From an uncultured Bacilli bacterium (GTDB taxonomy: Bacteria > Bacillota_I > Bacilli_A > RF39 > UBA660): a DNA stretch of 51,011 bases. The stretch lies in the NCBI GenBank assembly GCA_948479395.1, contig CAOLUI010000005.1:1-51011 (forward strand), given 5' to 3'. The notes below the pieces were generated by a model. The model was not told the DNA's origin. It made no database searches and saw only the letters and a program-made list of their open reading frames with translations. Shown piece after piece: positions 1 to 8,770 of the stretch (position 1 is its first letter; every line of letters begins with the position of its first letter). Both the position numbers and the translations under genes were made by a program.

Positions 1-1
1 A

Positions 2-940
2 TGGGGACTAGTAAATATAAATCCTAATGGAGCCAAGAAGATAAAATGTAATATAGATTTTAAAATGACAACGTTAGTAGAATACTTAACTAATTTAGAA
101 TCTAATGAACTAGTAGAAGATGATTTTGGCAATTTAAGATATATAGGAGCAAATCCTAACAATTATGTTAAATTCAATGATGAGTTATGGCGGATAATCG
201 GAGTAATGAAAGATATAGAAAATCCAGATGGAACAAAGGAAGACAAAGTCAAATTAATAAGAAGTGAAAGTATTGGAAGTTATGCCTGGGATAATAAGGC
301 AAGTGGAATAGGATCATCAACAAGTCAATACGGAAGTAATGATTGGAGTGATAGTGCATTACAAAAAGTATTAAATGAAGGAGCATACTATAATAGAACA
401 AGCGGTGATTGTCCGTATGGAAAAAATGGAGCAACAGCTAAATGTAATTTTAGTAGCACAGGATTAACTGAAGAATCTAAGAATATGATAAGTGAGGTAG
501 TATGGAATTTAGGTTCTGTTCCAAATGGAAAAACATTTAAAGAGTTTTATGAGTTAGAAAGAGGAAGTACAGTAGGAAGTGGAAGACCAACTTCATGGAC
601 AGGAAAAGTCGGATTAATGTATCCGTCAGATTATGGATATGCGACAAGTGGCGGGTCTACAACAGATAGAGATACATGTTTAAATAGGAATTCATATAAA
701 TGGTCTGAAGTAAGTGACTGCCAAACAAATGCTTGGTTATATAATGGTATAAATGATCAATGGACATTAACACCACTTTCTTCTAGTACTGACATTGCCT
801 TTGTTGTAATAAGAGGAGATATGAATCATTTCTATTTGACTAGTAAAGATATGGTGCGTCCTTCGATATATCTAAAACCTAGTATAGGAGTAGAGAGCGG
901 AGGAGCAGGCACAAGTACTTCACCATTTGTTTTGAAATAA
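2..940 (+). CDS. Surface/secreted protein, 3' portion of a gene running off the 5' edge; paralogue of 5788..6871
   Basis: The frame of the 65..940 ORF stays open back to base 2 (WGLVNINPNGAKKIKCNIDF...). Bases 1-70 align by eye at roughly 80% identity with 6088-6160 in the downstream paralogue. Both share '(L/I)WRII' and a C-terminal 'VRPxIxLKP...G.G.S..P(F/W)VL' motif, which is DUF6273-like from memory. Confidence 0.6.
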   Translation, partial: WGLVNINPNGAKKIKCNIDFKMTTLVEYLTNLESNELVEDDFGNLRYIGANPNNYVKFNDELWRIIGVMKDIENPDGTKEDKVKLIRSESIGSYAWDNKASGIGSSTSQYGSNDWSDSALQKVLNEGAYYNRTSGDCPYGKNGATAKCNFSSTGLTEESKNMISEVVWNLGSVPNGKTFKEFYELERGSTVGSGRPTSWTGKVGLMYPSDYGYATSGGSTTDRDTCLNRNSYKWSEVSDCQTNAWLYNGINDQWTLTPLSSSTDIAFVVIRGDMNHFYLTSKDMVRPSIYLKPSIGVESGGAGTSTSPFVLK

Positions 941-946
941 GTATTT

Positions 947-981
947 AATGCTAATTAATATTAAAATAATTAGCATTTTTA
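947..981 (+). terminator. Rho-independent terminator after the first surface-protein gene
   Basis: Perfect 11-bp stem AATGCTAATTA (947-957) / TAATTAGCATT (967-977) with a 9-nt loop, running into TTTTT. Confidence 0.7.
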
Positions 982-1048
982 ATTGTTTATAATTAGTTTT
1001 TCCGCCATCAAGATTGTTTTCATGATAAAATTAATAAAGAGGTGGATT

Positions 1049-3058
1049 ATGAAAGGTAATTTTTATGACATTTTGCTAAATACTTTAAAACAAAATCCTA
1101 CATTTGTGTCTAGTAATGGAGTTTTACTTAAAAATAAAATAAAAGAATACGCTTTAAAAATGGATGAAGAACTAATAAATATATTATTTGAAAATGAAAT
1201 TATACGCGAAAAGTTTTTTCAAAAAATAGGTGATAACTATATTTTTGATAAAATAGAATTTAGCTGGATGATAAATAATAAAGAATTTCTGCCTAATAAT
1301 TATACAAAATATGGCAATAAAATACATTTAGCAACTAATGATGATGAGTATTTAATGTATAAAAATGATGTCGTTTTAACATTTCCTTATAAAGATTGTT
1401 TATTAGAATTTGATTCTACTGATGAAAATGAAAAAAGAGATGAAATATTTTATAATGAATCTCTTGCAAATGATCAAATAGATGTTTTATTAGATTCTAA
1501 GGTTTTTACCAATATCAATTATCATACTAAAGATGGACTAAAAAAATACAATAGATTTGATATTAATGATAATTTATTAATTAAAGGAAATAATTTATTA
1601 GTTTTAGCAAGTTTACTTCCAGTTTATGAAGGAAAAATTAAATGTATTTATTGTGATGTTTTATATAATACCAATAGTGATTACGTTCCTTATAATGATT
1701 CTTTTAAACATAGCAGTTGGTTAGTTATGATGAAAAATCGTCTAGAAATAGCGAAAAAGTTATTAAAACCAGATGGCTTAATATTTATAAGCATTGATGA
1801 TAATGAACAAGCTTATTTAAGTGTTTTGATGGATGAAGTATTCGGTCGTGAAAATTCTTTTGATAAGGTATCTATTCAAACATCAGCCTCTCAAGGGGGA
1901 TTTGGAGATGTTAATCCTGGATTAATATCCAATACAGAAAATTTACTAATTTATATTAAAGACAAGAATTATAAAAAAACTTGTTTTAATGAAGAAAATA
2001 TGTATGTTGGAAAAGAATATGATGAAAATTATAAATACATTATGACTGATTTAGAAAAGTTAGAATACACAAACATTACATATTTGGCATATGAAAAATT
2101 AGGAATAAAAAAGCCTTATAATAATAGTACATGGCGAAAGGTAAAAGAAAAATATGGTGATAATTATAAAGAAATTCTTTATCAAGAAAAAGCTTCAATT
2201 GCTCTTGATAATAAAGAGTTAGTATTTAGAACCTTTAATCCTAATAAGCCAGGAAATGAATTAAAAGTGGCATTAAAAGAATCGTTAAAAAAGAAAGATA
2301 AAATATATATTTATAAAGATTCTAAGGATAATGAAAGATATATCTTAAATGGAGAAGTTGTTTTATTTTATTCTAAAGTATTTAAAAATATCAATGGAGA
2401 ATATGTTCCTGCAAGACGTTTAACTACATTCTGGAGTGATATTGCTTGGGAAGGTATTGCTCGTGAGGGAAATGTTAAATTAAATAGAGGAAAAAAACCA
2501 GAAAAGTTAATAAAAAGAATTATTGAAATAGCAACGAATAAAAACGACATTGTTTTAGATGCCTATTTAGGAAGTGGAACGACTTGTGCAGTTGCCCATA
2601 AGTTAGGAAGAAGATATATTGGAATTGAACAATTAGAGAACCATTTTTCAAAAGCCCTTAATCGAATGGAAAGTGTTATAAATGGAGAGACAGGTGGTAT
2701 TTCATCAGAAATCAATTGGACTGGTGGAGGAGCTTTTTTAAGTATGGAAATGATGGTCAATAATCAAAAATATATTGATAAAATAACACATGAAAAATCC
2801 AAGAAAGATATAGTCAGGTTATTTAATGAAATAATTAAAAATGCTTATATAAATAACTTATTAAGTTTAGATAGTATTTTGGAAAGTGTTGAAGAATTTA
2901 AAAAATTAGGACTTAATGATCAAAAGAAATTTTTAATAAATATTTTAGATAAGAATATGCTTTATGTAAATTTTTCTGATATTGAAGATAATGATTACAA
3001 AGTAAGTTGCGAAGATAAAAAATTTAATTACTCATTTTATGGTGATAGTAATGAATAA
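1049..3058 (+). CDS. mod: Type III restriction-modification methyltransferase (Mod), beta-class N6-adenine MTase layout, non-canonical motif IV (DVLY)
   Basis: 'LPNNYTKYGNKIHL' and 'DNLLIKGNNLLVLASLL..GKIKCIYCDVLYNT' match the Mod N-terminal/motif IV region. Motif I 'VLDAYLGSGTTCAVA' lies near the C-terminus. Start moved to ATG 1049 behind an AAAGAGGTGG SD. The 3' end overlaps the res start. Confidence 0.85.
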   Translation: MKGNFYDILLNTLKQNPTFVSSNGVLLKNKIKEYALKMDEELINILFENEIIREKFFQKIGDNYIFDKIEFSWMINNKEFLPNNYTKYGNKIHLATNDDEYLMYKNDVVLTFPYKDCLLEFDSTDENEKRDEIFYNESLANDQIDVLLDSKVFTNINYHTKDGLKKYNRFDINDNLLIKGNNLLVLASLLPVYEGKIKCIYCDVLYNTNSDYVPYNDSFKHSSWLVMMKNRLEIAKKLLKPDGLIFISIDDNEQAYLSVLMDEVFGRENSFDKVSIQTSASQGGFGDVNPGLISNTENLLIYIKDKNYKKTCFNEENMYVGKEYDENYKYIMTDLEKLEYTNITYLAYEKLGIKKPYNNSTWRKVKEKYGDNYKEILYQEKASIALDNKELVFRTFNPNKPGNELKVALKESLKKKDKIYIYKDSKDNERYILNGEVVLFYSKVFKNINGEYVPARRLTTFWSDIAWEGIAREGNVKLNRGKKPEKLIKRIIEIATNKNDIVLDAYLGSGTTCAVAHKLGRRYIGIEQLENHFSKALNRMESVINGETGGISSEINWTGGGAFLSMEMMVNNQKYIDKITHEKSKKDIVRLFNEIIKNAYINNLLSLDSILESVEEFKKLGLNDQKKFLINILDKNMLYVNFSDIEDNDYKVSCEDKKFNYSFYGDSNE

Positions 3059-5651
3059 TTATTTATATGAAACGATAGAAACTCTAAAAAAATATGCCAA
3101 TATTAATATTGACCTACCTAATATAATAAATGATAATTTAAATCCAAAATTTGAATTAAGAAAGTATCAAATAGAAGCTTTTAAAAACTTTATATTTTAT
3201 TATACAAACGAAAATTTAAAAGTAATGCCTTTTCATCTTCTTTTTCATATGGCAACTGGAAGTGGAAAAACTTTGATGATGGCAGGTCTTATTTTATATT
3301 TATACCAACAAGGCTATCGAAATTTTCTTTTTTTTGTAAATTCTACAACTATTTTAGAGAAAACTAAAGATAATTTTTTAAATAATCAATCAGGCAAGTA
3401 TTTATTTAATAAAACAATAGAAATCGATTCTAAAAAAGTAAATATTAGGGAAGTTACTAATTTTCAAGGGGTAAATAAAGATGATATCAATATTTGTTTT
3501 ACTACTATCCAAGGCTTACATAATGATATTAATTTTGTTAAAGAAAATAGATTATCTCTTGATGATTTCAAATTACATAAAACTGTATTTATTTCAGATG
3601 AAGCGCATCACATAAATGCTTTAACAAATAATAAATTATCAAGCGAAGAAGAAGATTTAAAAAAGTCTTGGGAACATACTATTGACAATTTATTACTCCC
3701 AGCAAATAAAGAAAATATCTTATTAGAATTTACGGCTACTTGTGATTTAGATAATTCAAATATTAAAGAAAAGTATCAAAATAAAATTATCTATAATTAT
3801 CCTTTAAGTAGATTTCGAGAAGATGGTTTTTCAAAAGAAGTTGATACACTTCAAAGTAATGTTGATTTAAAAACAAAAATGATTCAAGCAATTCTCATTA
3901 GCCAATATCGTTTAAAATTATTTCAGTTAAATAAAATTGATATCAAACCTGTGGTTTTATTTAAATCAGATAATATTGAGAATTGTAGGAAGAATTATAA
4001 TGAGTTTGTTAAAATTATCAATAATTTAAAAAAAGAAGAAATTTTAAGTATTAAAGAAAATTCAACTAGTAAAATTTTAGTTGATATGTTTGCCTATTTT
4101 GAAAATTTTGATATAAGTATAGATAATCTAATAAAAGAGTTAAAAGATGATTTTTCTAAAGATAAATGTTTAGTAGTTAATAGTAAAGAAACTTTAGAAG
4201 ATATTCAATTAATAGTCAATTCTTTAGAAGATAAAAACAATTTATATCGAACAATTTTTGAAGTTAAAATGCTTGATGAAGGTTGGGATGTTTTAAATTT
4301 ATTTGATATTGTTAGACTTTATGAAACTCGCGATGGGAATAATGGTAAACCAGGAAAGAAAACTATTCAAGAAGCTCAATTAATAGGTAGAGGTGCAAGA
4401 TACTGTCCTTTTTCTCTTAATAATGGTGAAAAAAGATATATCAGAAAATATGATGATGATATAAAAAATCCATTACGAATTTGTGAAACACTACTATATC
4501 ATTGTCAGATGGAGTCACGATATATTTCAGAATTAAAAATTGCCTTAAAAGAAACAGGTATTATTCCTAAAGAAAGTATTTCGGTTCAATATACTTTAAA
4601 AGATAGTTTTAAAAATTCTGATTTTTATAAAAATGGTTGGATATTTAGTAATGAAAAAATATTAAAATCAAGAAAAGAAATTAAATCAATTCCCCAAAAT
4701 ATTAAAAATGAAATATTTGAATTTGTATATGATTTAGGAGAAACTAAACAAGAAAATCTTTTTGACGAAAAGTTAGATTATTTAAATTTAAATGAAAATA
4801 AATTCGAAAAATCTTATACAATTAATGAATTAGCAGATAATAACTATAACTTAGTTTTATGCGTTTTAAGAAAATTCAATATTTTTAAATTTTCTAATTT
4901 AAAAACTTATTTTCCTAATTTAACTTCAACGAAAGAATTTATTACTTCTAAAAATTATTTAGGTGATATAAAATTTATAATAAAATCTATTTATGAAGAA
5001 CCCAATAATTATTTAATAAATAAGGCTCTTTATAGTATTTTTTCTAAATTAAAAGACAACATTATTACTTTAGAAGAAGTTTATGAAGGAGTAAATAATT
5101 TTCAAGCTAAAAAATTTAATGAAATATTTATAGATAAAGTTATTAATATCAACAATCCATATGAAGATAGTGTAGGAATATCACAAAATATGGTTAATGA
5201 TGATTCTTATAGAATGGATTTAAGTAATGAAGATTGGTATGTTTATAATGATAATTATGGGACTACAGAAGAAAAAAAATTAGTTAAATATTTTAGTAAA
5301 TTTGTCAAAGAATTAAAAGAAAAATATACAGAAGTTTATTTGGTAAGAAATGAAAGAACTTTACCAATTTATTCTTTTTCTAATGGGGAAAGATTTGAAC
5401 CAGATTTTATTTTAGTTTTAATTGATAAAATAAATAAAAAACAATATCAAGTTTTTCTTGAAGCTAAAGGGACACAATTATTATTGCTTGATAAAGAGAA
5501 AGAAGAATTTTTAATAGAGTTAAATAGTAAGGCTATTCCTATAAAAAAATTTAAAGATGATTATGAATATTTTGTTTTAGGGTTTCCTTTCTTTAATCAA
5601 GATAACAAAATAACAGAATTTAATGAATATATGAAAAAGATTATTGATTAA
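3051..5651 (+). CDS. res: Type III restriction enzyme Res subunit (SF2 helicase plus PD-(D/E)xK nuclease)
   Basis: 'HMATGSGKT' (motif I), 'SDEAHH' (II), 'LEFTAT' (III) and 'QLIGRGAR' (VI), plus C-terminal 'FEPDF...VFLEAKG'. ATG 3051 is preceded by GGTGA. The alternative ATG at 3039 has no SD. Confidence 0.85.
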   Translation: MNNYLYETIETLKKYANINIDLPNIINDNLNPKFELRKYQIEAFKNFIFYYTNENLKVMPFHLLFHMATGSGKTLMMAGLILYLYQQGYRNFLFFVNSTTILEKTKDNFLNNQSGKYLFNKTIEIDSKKVNIREVTNFQGVNKDDINICFTTIQGLHNDINFVKENRLSLDDFKLHKTVFISDEAHHINALTNNKLSSEEEDLKKSWEHTIDNLLLPANKENILLEFTATCDLDNSNIKEKYQNKIIYNYPLSRFREDGFSKEVDTLQSNVDLKTKMIQAILISQYRLKLFQLNKIDIKPVVLFKSDNIENCRKNYNEFVKIINNLKKEEILSIKENSTSKILVDMFAYFENFDISIDNLIKELKDDFSKDKCLVVNSKETLEDIQLIVNSLEDKNNLYRTIFEVKMLDEGWDVLNLFDIVRLYETRDGNNGKPGKKTIQEAQLIGRGARYCPFSLNNGEKRYIRKYDDDIKNPLRICETLLYHCQMESRYISELKIALKETGIIPKESISVQYTLKDSFKNSDFYKNGWIFSNEKILKSRKEIKSIPQNIKNEIFEFVYDLGETKQENLFDEKLDYLNLNENKFEKSYTINELADNNYNLVLCVLRKFNIFKFSNLKTYFPNLTSTKEFITSKNYLGDIKFIIKSIYEEPNNYLINKALYSIFSKLKDNIITLEEVYEGVNNFQAKKFNEIFIDKVININNPYEDSVGISQNMVNDDSYRMDLSNEDWYVYNDNYGTTEEKKLVKYFSKFVKELKEKYTEVYLVRNERTLPIYSFSNGERFEPDFILVLIDKINKKQYQVFLEAKGTQLLLLDKEKEEFLIELNSKAIPIKKFKDDYEYFVLGFPFFNQDNKITEFNEYMKKIID

Positions 5652-5685
5652 TTAAATTAAATGTAAATTTTATAAATTTGTTTGA

Positions 5686-5732
5686 GACATTATACCATTT
5701 ATTATTACATTTGGTATAGTGTCATTTTTTTT
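5686..5732 (+). terminator. Rho-independent terminator after res
   Basis: Stem GACATTATACCA (5686-5697) / TGGTATAGTGTC (5712-5723) with one G-T pair, followed by T8. Confidence 0.75.
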
Positions 5733-5787
5733 GTTGTCTGATTAAAAAAGTATGATATAATTTAGATAATAGAAAGAGGGATAAAAA

Positions 5788-6871
5788 ATGAAATTAAAAA
5801 GTTTCAAGAAAAACAAAAAACTAAAAAATACCCTCCTAGCCCTAGGCGCAATAGCACTATTGGGGGGTGGGTATAATAGTATATAGGAGTTATGCCCTAT
5901 ACCAACAAAATAAAAGTTATAATGTCTTGCGAGGAACAATACCAGACTTTAGTAGTGGAGATATAGAACTAACATTTACAATAGATGGCCAAGTAGTAGA
6001 TCAAGCATTTCCAAGTAAAAGCGATGGATATGGAGTAAACAATGTGACATGTGAAGATGGTGTAACAGCAGAGTGGAATATAGATAATTGGGGATTAGTA
6101 AATATAAATTCCAATAACAGTAAAAAGATAAAATGTAATATCGATTTTATAATTATCACTGATTTTGTTAAAAATTCTAAAATCGGAGATTATGTAAAAA
6201 TGGTACCTACAAGATCTTCTTACTCAATAGGCTATAGTAAAACTGGTTATAATAGCACCCAAATTATATATCCTTCACAATTAAAAATATGGCGAATAAT
6301 AAAGAAAAATGAGGATAATACTATTGAAATGATTTCTGATAATACTAGTAGTACAGCGATTCATTTTAAAGGTACTAAGGGGTTTCAATATTATATAGGT
6401 ACATTAAATGAAATAGCAAAAGCATATGAAAATAATAATACTATTGGGTCAAGATATTTTGGTTATAATGGACAAACAGAAGTAATTACAGATACATCTC
6501 AATTTAATTGTAAAAGTAATTGTAATATAACAGAATCTCAAGGAGGAGAAGATAATTTATATATGGGAGATGCTAATTTAGTAAAAAATGCCGTAGGAAC
6601 GTTAGAAGCTATACCAATAGACTCAGAATCAAAAGCGAGTTATTATGTTGCCACACGTCGTCTTACTTGGAGTAAGAATACTTATAACTATGGATATATA
6701 GGTACAGTTTATGGTGATGCTGTTAGTACATCGTCTCAATATATTTTTTCTTATCATATAGTAACTCAGGAATATGATTCATCTGCTCATCTGCGACCAA
6801 TAATAGTTTTGAAGCCAAATTTAAAAGCTACTGGTTTAGGGCAAAGTGATAATCCATGGGTATTAGAGTAA
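5788..6871 (+). pseudogene. Membrane-anchored surface protein, paralogue of 2..940; reading frame broken at a G6 tract (candidate phase-variable gene or homopolymer error)
   Basis: ATG 5788 lies behind AGAAAGAGGG and encodes MKLKSFKKNKKLKNTLLALGAIALLGG, then stops at 5884. The long ORF (5867..6871) is in the +1 frame. Removing one G from GGGGGG (5862-5867) fuses them into ...LLGVGIIVYRSYALYQQ.... The total length of 1084 nt is 3n+1. Confidence 0.65.
5862..5867 (+). repeat. Homopolymeric G6 tract at the frameshift point of the surface-protein gene
   Basis: Read directly: ctattGGGGGGtgggtat, located inside the predicted signal-anchor coding region. Confidence 0.9.
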
Positions 6872-7269
6872 TTTTTATTATATTAAATTATTATAGTATA
6901 TCAATTTCCTTTTAATGGCGAAACTTAGTAAGTTTTATAAGTAAATAAAAGTTAAACAGGTATTATTATGTTAAAATTTTGGTTGATTGTCAATTGGTGT
7001 GTGTACACGAAAAAACGATAATTAATATTAAAGGTTAATACCGATTAGGTATTGACTTTTATAATAGAAGAAAATAAATTTTTATAAATCATAATACAAA
7101 CTATGAATCTATGAAAAGAACGAAAACTAAAGTAATTCTTCTAATAAAAATATTAGAAGAATTATTTTCAAAAACGTTATAGTTATCTTATCATTAATTT
7201 AAATTTAGAATTAAATTATTTTCCTAATATTCCTTATACATGGTATACTTATCTAAAGAGGTGAAACAA

Positions 7270-7791
7270 ATGGACAAATTTATTCCCGATATATACCAAA
7301 AAAGTATTTATGAAATAGATTACAAAGCATTAAAAAGTCGTGGAATAAAGTGTATTATTTTTGATTTAGACAATACTATTGCTCCCGTAAATATTCCAGT
7401 ACCTGATAAGGAAACTAAAGATTTATTTTCTGATTTAGAATATTTAGGTTTTAAACTTATTATTATGTCTAATTCGAATAAAACAAGAGTTGAGCCCTTT
7501 AAGGAAAAATTAAATGTCGATTCTTGTTGTCATAGTAATAAACCTCTTAAGAAAAAATATAAAAAAATAATGAATATTTATGGTTTTAAAGATAATGAAA
7601 TAGCTTGCATTGGAGATCAACTTCTTACAGATATATTAGGAGCTAACCGCATGGGTTTTTTAAGTATTTTAATAAATCCTATCAGTAAAATAGATTATTC
7701 TATTACCAAAATTAATCGCTATATTGAAAAAAAAATATTTCAAAATTTAACGAAAAAAAACTTATTTAAAGTAGGCAAATATTATGAATAA
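7270..7791 (+). CDS. yqeG: YqeG-family HAD phosphatase
   Basis: HAD motifs 'CIIFDLDNTI', 'IMSNS' and 'GDQLLTDI'. About 174 aa and directly upstream of, and overlapping, yqeH as in Bacillus. Start moved to ATG 7270 behind AAAGAGGTG. Confidence 0.8.
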   Translation: MDKFIPDIYQKSIYEIDYKALKSRGIKCIIFDLDNTIAPVNIPVPDKETKDLFSDLEYLGFKLIIMSNSNKTRVEPFKEKLNVDSCCHSNKPLKKKYKKIMNIYGFKDNEIACIGDQLLTDILGANRMGFLSILINPISKIDYSITKINRYIEKKIFQNLTKKNLFKVGKYYE

Positions 7792-8764
7792 GTGTTTAGG
7801 TTGTGGAGTTTTTTTACAAACTAAAAATAAAAATGCTCTAGGCTTTATTCCAGAAGAAAAATATAATAAATCTTTATGCGAGAGATGCTTTCGAATTGTT
7901 CATTATAATGAATTTAAAATAGTAGAAGCACCTAAATCTCAAGAATTTTTGAATACTATTAATAAATCAGGCCAATATGCTTTTTTCTTGTGTGATTTAT
8001 TAAATATAAATAAAGAAGTTATAAATACGTATAAAAAAATAATAATTCCTAAATGTTTAATTATAAGTAAAATCGATTATATTCCCAAATATATAAATAA
8101 AGAAAAAATAAAAAATTGGTTAAAAAAAGAATATGATTTATTAGAAGATATTCATTTTATAAGTGTTAAAAAAAATTATAATATTCAAATTATTAATACA
8201 ATTTTAAGAGAAAAAAGTCTTAAAGAAGGATATTTGTTAGGATATACTAATGCTGGAAAAAGCTCTTTGATTAATAAGCTAAATAAAGATTCTCACATTA
8301 CAACCAGTTCTACTCCTAATACCACCCTTGATTTTATAAAAATAAAAATATCAGAAAGTTTATCTATAATTGATACTCCTGGATTTAATTATCAAAATAG
8401 TTTTTATGAGTTTAATAATCAAGCTTTAATTAAAAAATTCAGCCCTAAAAATGTTTTAAAACCTTTAACTTATCAATTAAAAAAAGGAACTAGTATTGTA
8501 ATTGAAGATAATTTTAGATTAGAAAATGTGAGTGATCAATGTAATATAACCCTTTATTTAAGTAATTTATTGAATTTAAAAAAAATATATGAAAAAAATA
8601 TTCAGCTTAAAAATTTAAAAGTAACCCAATTAAGAATTAAAAAAAATCAAGATCTGGTAATAAAAGGAGTTGGATTTATTAATTGTAAAAATGACGCAAT
8701 ATTAAATATTTATTTAAAGAACGAAAATATTTTAGAAGTTCGTAATTCTTTTTTTGAAAGGTAG
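7784..8764 (+). CDS. yqeH: Ribosome-biogenesis GTPase YqeH (circularly permuted)
   Basis: N-terminal zinc knuckle 'CLGCG...CERCF'. Permuted order 'SKID' (G4), 'GYTNAGKSSLINKL' (G1), 'DTPG' (G3). Confidence 0.8.
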   Translation: MNKCLGCGVFLQTKNKNALGFIPEEKYNKSLCERCFRIVHYNEFKIVEAPKSQEFLNTINKSGQYAFFLCDLLNINKEVINTYKKIIIPKCLIISKIDYIPKYINKEKIKNWLKKEYDLLEDIHFISVKKNYNIQIINTILREKSLKEGYLLGYTNAGKSSLINKLNKDSHITTSSTPNTTLDFIKIKISESLSIIDTPGFNYQNSFYEFNNQALIKKFSPKNVLKPLTYQLKKGTSIVIEDNFRLENVSDQCNITLYLSNLLNLKKIYEKNIQLKNLKVTQLRIKKNQDLVIKGVGFINCKNDAILNIYLKNENILEVRNSFFER

Positions 8765-8770
8765 TAAAAT

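Noticed and set aside
983-1048. N-terminal extension of Mod from a TTG at 983 (MFIISFSAIKIVF...)
   Set aside because: The extension overlaps the upstream terminator hairpin and has no SD. ATG 1049 has AAAGAGGTGG upstream and starts where family similarity begins.
5742-5939. 65-aa minus-strand ORF across the start of the surface-protein gene
   Set aside because: It overlaps the SD, ATG and signal-anchor coding region of a gene with a clear paralogue. No independent support.
7241-7249. Identical 9-mer TGGTATACT (extended -10-like) upstream of both yqeG (7241-7249) and the deacetylase gene (15374-15382)
   Set aside because: It could be an extended -10 promoter, but the implied leaders are only about 12-14 nt and I saw no convincing -35 element. 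A shared 9-mer in AT-rich DNA is weak evidence, so I did not annotate it.
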